From NCBI GenBank assembly GCA_964545575.1, contig CAZJFL010000009.1, positions 19,574 to 83,573 on the forward strand: a stretch of 64,000 nucleotides of DNA, given 5' to 3'. Numbering within the stretch: the stretch's first letter is position 1; the number at the start of each line of letters is the position of its first letter. The notes beneath the pieces were generated by a model. That model saw only the letters and a list, made by a program, of their open reading frames with translations. It did no database searches and had not been told where the DNA came from. Origin of the DNA: an uncultured Planctomycetales bacterium (GTDB lineage: Bacteria; Omnitrophota; Gorgyraeia; Gygaellales; Profunditerraquicolaceae). Below, in pieces: positions 28,761 through 36,958 of the stretch. The position numbers and the translations under genes were made by a program.

Positions 28761-28769
28761 TAAAAGCTA

Positions 28770-28798
28770 TTGCTTAAAATACGGTATTGTGTTAAAAT
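28770..28798 (+). promoter_or_regulatory. sigma70-type promoter
   Basis: TTGCTT-N17-TAAAAT with extended TG. Confidence 0.55.
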
Positions 28799-28817
28799 TT
28801 ACTTTATAAGCATAGAA

Positions 28818-28950
28818 TAACACCCGGCCTTATACCCACCCCACCATATCGGAGTGATGGGTACGCCGCCTTCTGCGGCGGGATAGGCCGGTGTGCGCTT
28901 GCTGTCTAACACCCAATCTTATCGGATATATTGGTGTGCGCTTGCTGCGC
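28818..28950 (+). repeat. element A copies: outer copy with a divergent copy nested in its loop (28834-28880), then a tandem copy at 28907
   Basis: TAACACCCGGCCT TAT[insert]GGAT AGGCCGGTGT; TAACACCCAATCT TATCGGAT ATATTGGTGT GCGCTTGCTGCGC. Confidence 0.85.
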
Positions 28951-28963
28951 AAGGAGGCTAAAG

Positions 28964-29302
28964 ATGGAAAAAAAGGATTTAGGCAAGACTTCGACCGGCA
29001 TGCAGGCTAATGTGGCGGCACTCTTAAGCTATCTCTTGGGGTTCGTCACCGGGATTATTTTCTATCTCATTGAAAAAGATAACAAGTTCGTAAGATTCCA
29101 TGCCATGCAGTCGATTGTGACGTTTGGCGCCCTCTTTATCTTAGGGTTCGTCTTTGCAGTGATACCCGTGATCGGCTGGAGCCTGATGCCGGTTTTGTGG
29201 ATAGTGGAAGTAGTCCTTTGGATACTGCTGATGATCAAGGCTTATCAGGGAGAACTTTTTAAGCTTCCTGTTGCCGGAGATATAGCAGAGAAGAATTCCT
29301 GA
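28964..29302 (+). CDS. DUF4870/Tic20-like small membrane protein
   Basis: AALLSYL, FVRFHAMQS, IKAYQGE.FKLP..G; start revised to 28964. Confidence 0.85.
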   Translation: MEKKDLGKTSTGMQANVAALLSYLLGFVTGIIFYLIEKDNKFVRFHAMQSIVTFGALFILGFVFAVIPVIGWSLMPVLWIVEVVLWILLMIKAYQGELFKLPVAGDIAEKNS

Positions 29303-29332
29303 TCATAAAAAGGGGCCTGCCGATAAAAATTA

Positions 29333-29360
29333 TTGACAAAAGATTTTTTTATATTATCAT
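29333..29360 (+). promoter_or_regulatory. sigma70-type promoter
   Basis: TTGACA-N16-TATCAT. Confidence 0.6.
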
Positions 29361-29401
29361 CTATTTAATATAAATAGGGTATAGAAAAGATAGGAGTGGA
29401 A

Positions 29402-29444
29402 GACAAAGACGTCTGGAATTCTTGCAGGACGTCTTTTCTTTTTT
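29402..29444 (+). promoter_or_regulatory. ANTAR-type hairpin overlapping an intrinsic terminator (nfnAB-gdhA leader)
   Basis: GAC-AAAGAC-GTC overlaps AAGACGTC...GACGTCTT-TTCTTTTTT. Confidence 0.65.
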
Positions 29445-29448
29445 AAAG

Positions 29449-30288
29449 ATGAAAATATTGCATAAAGAAATTCTAGGTCAAACGCAGGATACCAGGCTTA
29501 CTAAAATAGAGGTGAGCGCGCCTGATATTGCTGCTTCTGCCTCACCCGGCCAGTTTGCGGTGTTGATGGTCAGTGAAGAAGGGGAAAGAATACCTCTGAC
29601 TATCGTGGATTGCGATAAAAATAAAGGCATAATTACTTTTATCTTTCAGGAGGCAGGCCTGACCACTAAGCTTTTAGGCAAATTAAATCAAGGGGATTCG
29701 CTGTATGCTTTGGCCGGCCCCTTAGGCCATCCTACTGAGATTAAAAATTACGGGCAAGTTATTTTAGTAGGCGGGGGGGTGGGTATTGCCGAATTATACC
29801 CCGTAGCTAAAGCTTTAAAGGGGGCAGGTAATCAGGTAGTGACCATATTGGGGGCGCGGACTAAAGAATTATTGATCCTGGAAAAAGAATTAAAGAGCGT
29901 GTCTAGTGAATTACACATTACTACCGATGACGGCTCTTACGGCAGAAAGGGTTTTACTACTGATGTCTTAAAAGAATTACTAAACAACGAACAACGAACT
30001 ATGAACTATGAACTAGTGTATGCGGTAGGTCCCATTCCGATGATGCGTAAGTGCGCTGCAGCGACCCAAGAATTCAAGGTAAAAACTTTAGTTTCTTTAA
30101 ATGCCCTGATGGTGGATGCCACGGGTATGTGCGGCTGCTGCCGGGTAGAAGTAGGCGGGAAAACCAAATTTAGCTGCGTGGACGGCCCTGAATTCGACGG
30201 CCATTTAGTGGATTGGGACGGTCTGACCAAAAGAAATGCCGTATATCTGGAACAAGAAAAACATATCTGTAACTTGATGCCTAAATGA
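29449..30288 (+). CDS. NfnA/SudB-like FAD/NAD-binding Fe-S subunit
   Basis: GERIPLTI, GPLG, GGGVG, MVDATGMCGCCRV, CVDGPEFDG; start revised to 29449. Confidence 0.9.
   Translation: MKILHKEILGQTQDTRLTKIEVSAPDIAASASPGQFAVLMVSEEGERIPLTIVDCDKNKGIITFIFQEAGLTTKLLGKLNQGDSLYALAGPLGHPTEIKNYGQVILVGGGVGIAELYPVAKALKGAGNQVVTILGARTKELLILEKELKSVSSELHITTDDGSYGRKGFTTDVLKELLNNEQRTMNYELVYAVGPIPMMRKCAAATQEFKVKTLVSLNALMVDATGMCGCCRVEVGGKTKFSCVDGPEFDGHLVDWDGLTKRNAVYLEQEKHICNLMPK
29983..30016. repeat. heptamer tandem repeat AACAACG x2, AACTATG x2, in frame inside nfnA
   Basis: Seen directly; encodes NNEQRTMNYEL. Confidence 0.75.
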
Positions 30289-31703
30289 AAAAAGAACCGC
30301 TGGAAGCAAAAGAAAGAGACGTCTCGCAAAGGGTAAACAGCTTTGACGAGGTAGTCTTTGGTTATAGTGAGGAAGAAGCGTTGAGCGAAGCTAGCCGCTG
30401 CCTGCAGTGCAAAAACCCGGTCTGTATTTTGGGCTGTCCGGTCGGCATAGATATTAAGAAATTTATTTACCAGGTTTCCCAGAAGGATTACAAAGGTGCT
30501 TATTTTACTATCCGCCAAAAGAATGATTTTCCTTCGATCTGCGGCAGAGTTTGTCCGGCAGAGTACCAGTGCCGAAAGACTTGCATATTAACTAAAAAAG
30601 GTTCGCCCTTTGCCGCAAAAGAGGCGATAAATATCCATTTTTTGGAAAGGTTCGTAGGCGATTACGGAATGAGGAATAATCTATCAGTCCCCCCGGGAAA
30701 ATGCGCGGGCGCCGCAAAAATAAAAGTCGCGGTGGTGGGTTCCGGACCTGCCGGGATATGCTGCGCCGGAGAATTAGCGCGTAAAGGGATTAAGGTGGTC
30801 GTTTTTGAAAGTTTACATAAATTAGGCGGGGTTTTACGTTACGGGATTCCCCCTTTCAGGCTGCCGCGGGATATTCTGGATTATGAAATAGATTATTTAA
30901 AGAAGCTGGGGGTAGAATTCGTACCTAACTGTATTATAGGTAAGGCCAAGACCCTAGACGGGCTATTGAAAGAGGGTTTTGCTGCGGTATTCTTGGGTTT
31001 AGGCGCGGGTACGCCTTCATTTCTGGGAATACCGGGAGAAAATCTCTGTAATGTTTATTCTGCCAACGAGTTTTTAACCCGGGTAAACCTGATGTCTGCC
31101 TATGAGTTCCCCAAATTTCATACTCCGGTCAACATTGGAAAACATGCCATTGTGATCGGGGGGGGGAATACGGCTATGGATGCAGCCAGAGTAGCTTTGC
31201 GCCTGCAAAAGATGAACGGACTTGCCCCGGACACCACCATTCTTTACCGGCGTTCGGAAGTAGAGATGCCGGCGAGAAGACTGGAGATAGAGCATGCTAA
31301 AGAAGAGGGGATTAAATTTAAACTTTTGGTTAAACCGGAAGAGTTTTATGCAGACAAAAACGGCTTTGTGCAGAAAATAAGATGTCTGGAGTGCCGGCTT
31401 GGCGAACCGGACAGTTCAGGCAGAAGAAAACCTATTCCTGTGCCGGGGAGTGATTTTAAAATGCCTTGCGATTTAGCGATTATTGCTGTAGGATTACAGG
31501 CAAATCAGATTTTGACTAAAGCCACCCCGGAAATCAAAGTAGATGAATGGGCAGATGTGGTAGTGGATCCGGAAACTATGGAGACTTCAGTAAAAAAAGT
31601 TTTTGCAGGAGGTGATATTGTCGGAGGAGAAGGAACGGTAATTGAGGCTATGGGGATGGCCAAAAAAGCCGCAGAGGCTATATTAAAATCGTGCTCGGCG
31701 TGA
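30285..31703 (+). CDS. NfnB/SudA (GltD-like) NADPH oxidoreductase
   Basis: EASRCLQCKNPVC..GCPV, CGRVCP, GSGPAG, GGGNTAMD, FAGGD. Confidence 0.9.
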   Translation: MKKEPLEAKERDVSQRVNSFDEVVFGYSEEEALSEASRCLQCKNPVCILGCPVGIDIKKFIYQVSQKDYKGAYFTIRQKNDFPSICGRVCPAEYQCRKTCILTKKGSPFAAKEAINIHFLERFVGDYGMRNNLSVPPGKCAGAAKIKVAVVGSGPAGICCAGELARKGIKVVVFESLHKLGGVLRYGIPPFRLPRDILDYEIDYLKKLGVEFVPNCIIGKAKTLDGLLKEGFAAVFLGLGAGTPSFLGIPGENLCNVYSANEFLTRVNLMSAYEFPKFHTPVNIGKHAIVIGGGNTAMDAARVALRLQKMNGLAPDTTILYRRSEVEMPARRLEIEHAKEEGIKFKLLVKPEEFYADKNGFVQKIRCLECRLGEPDSSGRRKPIPVPGSDFKMPCDLAIIAVGLQANQILTKATPEIKVDEWADVVVDPETMETSVKKVFAGGDIVGGEGTVIEAMGMAKKAAEAILKSCSA

Positions 31704-31730
31704 GAGCGCAAGAAATAAAACTAAGTTAGT

Positions 31731-31819
31731 TAAGCGCCCGAACATATATGATTGTTCGGCGTGCGCTTACTGCGCTAACGCCCGAACATATCTGATTGTT
31801 CGGCGTGCGCTTACTGCGC
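31731..31819 (+). repeat. two tandem copies of element A abutting the gdhA SD
   Basis: CGCCCGAACATAT(A/C)TGATTGTTCGGCGTGCGCTTACTGCGC x2, then AAGGAGG. Confidence 0.92.
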
Positions 31820-31831
31820 AAGGAGGATAGG

Positions 31832-33169
31832 ATGTCAAAAAAGGTGGAAGAGTTTATGAGCAAGGTAGCGGCAAGAAATCCGGGAGAGCCGGAATTTCAT
31901 CAGGCAGTGCGCGAAGTTGTAGAGTCAGTAATGCCTTTTATTGAAGAGAACCCGAAATACCAAAAAGCCAAAATATTAGAAAGAATAGTGGAGCCGGAGC
32001 GCGTATTGATGTTTCGCGTTCCCTGGTTTGACGACAAAGGAGAGATTCAGGTAAACCGCGGCTACCGTATAGAAATGAGTAGCGCCATCGGCCCCTACAA
32101 AGGCGGTTTGCGTTTCCATCCTACCGTGACTTTAAGTATTTTAAAATTTTTGGCTTTTGAGCAGGTGTTTAAGAATAGCCTTACCACCCTGCCCATGGGC
32201 GGCGGCAAGGGCGGTTCGGATTTTGACCCCAAAGGTAAATCCGATAATGAGGTGATGCGTTTCTGCCAGAGTTTTATGACCGAATTGCAAAGGCATATCG
32301 GCCCGGATACGGATGTGCCTGCCGGAGATATCGGCGTAGGCGGACGCGAAATCGGATTTTTGTTCGGACAATATAAGAGGCTGCGTAATGAGTTTAGCGG
32401 CGTGCTTACCGGCAAAGGCCTGAACTGGGGCGGAAGCTTGATCCGTCCGGAAGCCACTGGTTACGGCTGTGTTTATTTTGTCCAGGAGATGCTTAAAACA
32501 AAAGGCGAGTCGTTAAAAGGAAAAGTCTGCGCTGTTTCCGGTTCCGGCAATGTCGCCCAGTACACCGTAGAAAAGCTTCTGGATTTAGGGGCAAAGGTGG
32601 TGACTTTGTCAGACTCCAACGGTTACATTTACGATAAAGGCGGCATTGATAAGAAGGAACTGACTTGCGTGATGGATCTGAAAAATATCAAGCGCGGCCG
32701 GATCAAGGAATGTGCTAAGGAATTCAACTGCGAATATTTCGAGAATAAGAATCCCTGGAGCGTAAAATGTGACATAGCTTTCCCTAGCGCTACGCAAAAC
32801 GAGATAGACGAAAACGATGCTAAGATGCTGGTGAAAAACGGCTGTATTGCGGTAGGGGAAGGCGCGAACATGCCTACTACGCCTGAAGGTGTAGAGGTTT
32901 TTCAAAAAGCAAAGATTCTCTACGCTCCCGGTAAGGCTTCTAACGCTGGAGGCGTGGCTACTTCGGGCTTGGAGATGTCTCAGAATAGCCAGAGGCTTTC
33001 CTGGACGCGCGAAGAGGTAGATAGAAGGCTGCATGACATCATGATCGCCATACATGAGCAGTGCGTCAAATACGGCAAGGAGGGTAATTATATCGATTAT
33101 GTCAAAGGCGCCAACATCGCCGGGTTTGTCAAGGTGGCCGATGCGATGATAGACCAGGGGTTAGTTTAG
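31832..33169 (+). CDS. gdhA: NADP-specific glutamate dehydrogenase
   Basis: GPYKGGLRFHP, MGGGKGGSDFDP, DVPAGDIGVG, RPEATGYG; start revised to 31832. Confidence 0.97.
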   Translation: MSKKVEEFMSKVAARNPGEPEFHQAVREVVESVMPFIEENPKYQKAKILERIVEPERVLMFRVPWFDDKGEIQVNRGYRIEMSSAIGPYKGGLRFHPTVTLSILKFLAFEQVFKNSLTTLPMGGGKGGSDFDPKGKSDNEVMRFCQSFMTELQRHIGPDTDVPAGDIGVGGREIGFLFGQYKRLRNEFSGVLTGKGLNWGGSLIRPEATGYGCVYFVQEMLKTKGESLKGKVCAVSGSGNVAQYTVEKLLDLGAKVVTLSDSNGYIYDKGGIDKKELTCVMDLKNIKRGRIKECAKEFNCEYFENKNPWSVKCDIAFPSATQNEIDENDAKMLVKNGCIAVGEGANMPTTPEGVEVFQKAKILYAPGKASNAGGVATSGLEMSQNSQRLSWTREEVDRRLHDIMIAIHEQCVKYGKEGNYIDYVKGANIAGFVKVADAMIDQGLV

Positions 33170-33182
33170 TCAAAAAATACTC

Positions 33183-33211
33183 TTGACAAATCAGCGATCG
33201 CATGTTATAGT
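33183..33211 (+). promoter_or_regulatory. sigma70-type promoter of the GAF-ANTAR / glutamate synthase operon
   Basis: TTGACA-N17-TATAGT with extended TG. Confidence 0.75.
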
Positions 33212-33232
33212 TTAGTAGAAATATAAATTAAG

Positions 33233-33298
33233 GGCACAAGGTTTGTGCTAGAAAGAAAGGACAAGGGTGTTCGTGGAAACGAGCACCCTTTTTATTTT
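33233..33298 (+). promoter_or_regulatory. ANTAR dual hairpin plus terminator (first of a tandem pair)
   Basis: GCAC-AAGGTTT-GTGC; GGAC-AAGGGT-GTTC overlapping AAGGGTGTTCGT-GGAA-ACGAGCACCCTT-TTTATTTT. Confidence 0.75.
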
Positions 33299-33350
33299 AC
33301 CTTTCTTGATTTTCTGCGTCAGAAAAAATAAGGAGTGTTTCCTTAATATT

Positions 33351-33444
33351 TTAGCAATGTCCGCTAAGTAACAAGGGCATTCCTTTTAAAACGATGGCGT
33401 TTTATGCCGATATTTTACTGCGGCGTAAAACGCCTTTTTTGTTT
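33351..33444 (+). promoter_or_regulatory. ANTAR dual hairpin plus terminator (second of the tandem pair)
   Basis: TTAGC-AATGTCC-GCTAA; AAAAC-GATGGC-GTTTT overlapping GGCGTTTTATGCCG...CGGCGTAAAACGCC-TTTTTT. Confidence 0.72.
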
Positions 33445-33461
33445 ATATGCGGCATAAACCT

Positions 33462-34187
33462 ATGCAAAACACGCTTTTTGAAGAGCAGGTAAAGGCTTTA
33501 GTTAAGATCAGCAAGGCCATAGCTTCAGACCTCTATCTGGAGGATATTTTGCGCCTGATAGTTACCGTTACCGCGGAGGTGATGGGTTCGAATATTTGTT
33601 CGTTGATGCTGATTGACGAAAAGAAAAAAGAGCTGGTAATCAGGGCTACCCAGAGTGTCAGCGAAGAATATAATCAAAAGATACCTTTAAAGATAGGTGA
33701 AGGCATTGCCGGAAAGGTTGTGGCGCAGAATAAGCCGATTACGGTTAAGGATGTGACCAAAGAGAAAGAATATAAATATCAGGATATTGCCAGGAAAGAA
33801 GGGTTATGTTCGCTTCTTTGCGTACCTCTGGCGGTAAAAGGAAAACCTATAGGAGTATTGAATTGTTATACTTCTAAACCCCATGATTTTAGCGAAACCG
33901 AAATTGAGATATTGATGTCTATAGCCAATCAGGCGGCAGTGGCGATTGAGAATACGGAGTTGCTGGTAAAAAGTAAAATCATCCAGGAAGAGCTGGAGAC
34001 GCGCAAAAGAATAGAGCGCGCCAAGGGAATCATCATGCATGGCGAAGGGTTGACCGAAGAAGAGGCATATTTAAAGATCCGCAAATACAGTATGGATAAC
34101 CGCAAGACTATGCGCGAAGTTGCCGAAGCGATTATCCTGTCTGATGAGATGAAGAAATTAACAGGTAAAGCGGCCCCGCGCTCATAG
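33462..34187 (+). CDS. GAF + ANTAR RNA-binding antiterminator (paralog 2)
   Basis: GAF plus RKRIERAKGIIM....TEEEAY..IRKYSMD.RK.MREVAEAI; start 33462 or 33447. Confidence 0.92.
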   Translation: MQNTLFEEQVKALVKISKAIASDLYLEDILRLIVTVTAEVMGSNICSLMLIDEKKKELVIRATQSVSEEYNQKIPLKIGEGIAGKVVAQNKPITVKDVTKEKEYKYQDIARKEGLCSLLCVPLAVKGKPIGVLNCYTSKPHDFSETEIEILMSIANQAAVAIENTELLVKSKIIQEELETRKRIERAKGIIMHGEGLTEEEAYLKIRKYSMDNRKTMREVAEAIILSDEMKKLTGKAAPRS

Positions 34188-34258
34188 GGCCAAGGTACCT
34201 TAATCCCAATGTCAGGGAAAATTAAGAACATGAGCAAACAGAAAAAGGAGGAAGTGCG

Positions 34259-35911
34259 ATGAATTTGCAAAGGCCGAACGCAAATGACGCGACTGGGACG
34301 TTTAACCGTTCCAAGAACGTGGTACCGGGTTCTGGTATCTGTTCTCGGTGTGTGGATGGGTGTAAAGGTAACTGCGAAGTCTTCAGGGCGACTTTCCGGA
34401 GCCGCGAGGTTATTTATCCGGGCCCTTTCGGAGAAGTAACTGCTGGAGCGGATAAGGATTATCCCGTGGATTACTCTCACCTAAATATCCAGGGCTATGC
34501 CTTGGGTGCTAAGGGTCTGCCGCAAGGCACAGAAGGTAATCCTGATACGACCAAATTCCCCGATGTGAATACCGAGGCCGAGTACGGCTGGAACTCAAAG
34601 GTAAAAATGAAAGTTCCTATTTTTACCGGAGCTTTGGGCTCAACGGAAATCGCCAGAAAAAACTGGGAGCATTTTGCCGTGGGTGCAGCAATTTCCGGCA
34701 TTACCCTGGTGTGTGGCGAAAATGTCTGCGGTATTGACCCCGGGCTGGAATTGGATAGTAACGGCAAGATCAAGAGTTCGCCCGACATGGACAGGCGTAT
34801 CGAGACTTATAAAAGGTTCCACAACGGCTGGGGAGAGATTTTGGTCCAGATGAACGTGGAAGATACGCGCTTGGGTGTTGCCGAATACGTCAGGAAGAAG
34901 CATAAACTTGACGCTATAGAGTTGAAATGGGGGCAGGGCGCTAAATGTATCGGCGGTGAGATAAAGGTAAAGAGCTTAGAAAGAGCTTTGGAATTACAGA
35001 GGCGCGGTTATATCGTTACTCCTGATCCCTCTCAAGAGGCGAACCAGAGAGCCTTTAAAGACGGCGCAATAAAAGAGTTTGAGCGCCATTCCCGCTTAGG
35101 GTTTGTTTCAGAAGAGGCATTTTTGGCAGAAGTCAAGCGCTTAAGAGGCTTAGGGTTCAAGCGTATTACCTTAAAGACCGGCGCTTATGCCATGCGCGAG
35201 CTGGCCATGGCGATAAAATATTGTTCCCTTGCCGGTATCGATCTTTTGACTATAGACGGTGCACCCGGCGGGACAGGAATGAGTCCTTGGAGGATGATGG
35301 AAGAATGGGGTATCCCTACCTTTTATCTGGAGGCGCTGGCCTATGAGTTCTGCCAGGAATTAGCCAAGAAAGGGATGCGTATTCCGGATATAGCCATAGC
35401 CGGAGGTTTTTCCAGCGAGGACCACGTTTTTAAAGCCTTAGCCATGGGCGCGCCATACGTCAAGGCAGTCTGTATGGGAAGATCCCTGATGATACCCGGC
35501 ATGGTGGGAAAGAATATTGCCAATTGGCTAAAAGAAGATAATCTTCCGCCTACCGTATCAGCTTACGGCAAGACAGAAAAAGAAATTTTTGTCTGTTACG
35601 AAGAGCTGCTTGAGCGATACGGCAAGGAGATGAAAGATATACCCTTGGGTGCGGTGGGGATATATTCTTTTGTGCAAAAGTTAAGGGTTGGTCTGCAGCA
35701 GCTGATGGCCGGTAGCAGGAACTTTAGGCTGAGCGCTATCTCCCGCAATGACCTGATGGCCTTGACGGAAGATGCGGCCAAGGTTTCAGGCATTCCTTAT
35801 GTAATGGATGCCTATCGCAAAGAAGCAGAGGCAATACTTAACGGTAAGGAAACAGTAAGGTTAGAAAACAATTTTAATCACCGTAGGGCCAAGGTAGCGG
35901 TGGGGAGGTAA
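34259..35911 (+). CDS. stand-alone FMN-binding glutamate synthase family protein
   Basis: ELKWGQGAK, DGAPGGTGMSP, IAGG, N-terminal CSRCVDGC..NC. Confidence 0.85.
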   Translation: MNLQRPNANDATGTFNRSKNVVPGSGICSRCVDGCKGNCEVFRATFRSREVIYPGPFGEVTAGADKDYPVDYSHLNIQGYALGAKGLPQGTEGNPDTTKFPDVNTEAEYGWNSKVKMKVPIFTGALGSTEIARKNWEHFAVGAAISGITLVCGENVCGIDPGLELDSNGKIKSSPDMDRRIETYKRFHNGWGEILVQMNVEDTRLGVAEYVRKKHKLDAIELKWGQGAKCIGGEIKVKSLERALELQRRGYIVTPDPSQEANQRAFKDGAIKEFERHSRLGFVSEEAFLAEVKRLRGLGFKRITLKTGAYAMRELAMAIKYCSLAGIDLLTIDGAPGGTGMSPWRMMEEWGIPTFYLEALAYEFCQELAKKGMRIPDIAIAGGFSSEDHVFKALAMGAPYVKAVCMGRSLMIPGMVGKNIANWLKEDNLPPTVSAYGKTEKEIFVCYEELLERYGKEMKDIPLGAVGIYSFVQKLRVGLQQLMAGSRNFRLSAISRNDLMALTEDAAKVSGIPYVMDAYRKEAEAILNGKETVRLENNFNHRRAKVAVGR

Positions 35912-35913
35912 CG

Positions 35914-36087
35914 GTGGAAAAAAAGGGGTTATGTATTACCTGTGTTCAGTCTGCAACCTGCATCTTTCCTAAGGAGCCGCCGGTATGGCAGTGCGAAGAA
36001 TTTTCTAACGGCAATCACGTGCCTGTGAGAGGCAGGCAGGCAAAGGTTAGGCAGGTTGTATACGAGCAAGTGACCGAAAGCGAATAA
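35914..36087 (+). CDS. 57-aa Cys-rich small protein (missing from the ORF track)
   Basis: GTG start after GGGGAGG; MEKKGLCITCVQSATCIFPKEPPVWQCEEFSNG...ESE*. Confidence 0.7.
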   Translation: MEKKGLCITCVQSATCIFPKEPPVWQCEEFSNGNHVPVRGRQAKVRQVVYEQVTESE

Positions 36088-36113
36088 AAATAAATAGCAG
36101 ATCAGCAAGCAAA

Positions 36114-36164
36114 GGACTAAGGCGTCCGATATCCAAAGCTGGATAAAGGGCGCCTTTGTTTTTT
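36114..36164 (+). promoter_or_regulatory. ANTAR-type hairpin plus terminator upstream of the sigma factor
   Basis: GGAC-TAAGGC-GTCC overlapping AAGGCGTCC...GGGCGCCTT-TGTTTTTT. Confidence 0.65.
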
Positions 36165-36245
36165 AATGAGGGCACAATTTACGGAGCATAAGCGACGTAA
36201 ATTGTATGCCCGAATTAATCCCGCACTTACGCATAAGTGCGGGAT
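36161..36245 (-). repeat. element B (minus strand) plus adjacent perfect hairpin
   Basis: Matches the reverse complement of 5446-5505; ATCCCGCACTTA-CGCA-TAAGTGCGGGAT follows. Confidence 0.75.
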
Positions 36246-36258
36246 AAGAGGTAGGCAG

Positions 36259-36786
36259 ATGACATTCGAGGTATTATTAAAAAGAATATCACCGAAGTTA
36301 AAGGGTATAGCCTATAAATTAAACGGCCGTTATTCTTTTTTTAATGACCAGGATTTATTTCAGGAAGCCTTACTGCACCTCTGGCAGGAGTTTGGGGCAG
36401 GAAAATTAGAGGATAAGACCGATAGCTATATCCTGCAGGGCTGCTATTTTCATCTTAAAAACTATATCCGTAAGACAAATACAAGAAGCAAGGTAGTGAG
36501 CCTCCAGGCGTTTATCGATAATGAAGAGGACTTAAAATTAGAAGAGACGCTATTATTGCAGGACTGTGATCCCCAAGATTATTTCGATTCCTTAAACAGT
36601 AAATTATTGGTAGAAACTATCCACAATAACGGTTTTACGGAAAGAGAAAAGAATATACTTACGCTATATGCGGAAGGACTTACTACCAGAGAGATCGGTT
36701 CCAGGCTTGGGGTTTCGCATGTCAGAGTGGTTAAGCTAATGAGCCGCATCAGAGAGAAGTCAAAAATTTATCTGGATAATTTTTAA
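36259..36786 (+). CDS. alternative (ECF/SigH-like) sigma70-family factor
   Basis: Region 2 DQDLFQEALLHLW...NYIRK; region 4 FTEREK.IL.L...GLTTREIG.RLGVS; start revised to 36259. Confidence 0.85.
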   Translation: MTFEVLLKRISPKLKGIAYKLNGRYSFFNDQDLFQEALLHLWQEFGAGKLEDKTDSYILQGCYFHLKNYIRKTNTRSKVVSLQAFIDNEEDLKLEETLLLQDCDPQDYFDSLNSKLLVETIHNNGFTEREKNILTLYAEGLTTREIGSRLGVSHVRVVKLMSRIREKSKIYLDNF

Positions 36787-36792
36787 ACAGGC

Positions 36793-36822
36793 GTTACCAA
36801 AACAATCGGTTTTCCACTTGTA
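36793..36822 (+). promoter_or_regulatory. candidate alternative-sigma promoter of amtB-glnK
   Basis: GTTACCAAAA-N13-ACTTGTA; boxes and spacing identical to 38575-38604. Confidence 0.6.
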
Positions 36823-36832
36823 GTGGTATAAG

Positions 36833-36945
36833 GCACATTGAAGTGTAGCCGGATAAAGGCGTCTTTTGCCCAGCAAGGGCACACCAAACAATCCGATATG
36901 TTTGGGTGTTTCCAGCGTTGGGTTAGCGGACGCTTTTTTGTTTTT
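36833..36945 (+). promoter_or_regulatory. ANTAR dual hairpin plus terminator (amtB leader), with element A inserted in the terminator loop
   Basis: GCAC-ATTGAA-GTGT; GAT-AAAGGC-GTC; AAAGGCGTC...GACGCTTTTTTG. Confidence 0.75.
36868..36910 (-). repeat. element A, minus strand
   Basis: Reverse complement reads AACACCCAAACA-TATCGGAT-TGTTTGGTGT-GCCC-TTGCT-GGGC. Confidence 0.88.
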
Positions 36946-36958
36946 AGGAGGGATGAAA

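Noticed and set aside
34184-34216. Possible ANTAR hairpins before the FMN glutamate synthase (CCC-AATGTCA-GGG)
   Set aside because: No overlapping terminator and a poorly formed partner stem; too weak to call.
36166-36258. N-terminal extension of the sigma factor (likewise AmtB 36866-36952)
   Set aside because: These stretches are repeat elements and leader RNA; SD-supported starts lie downstream.
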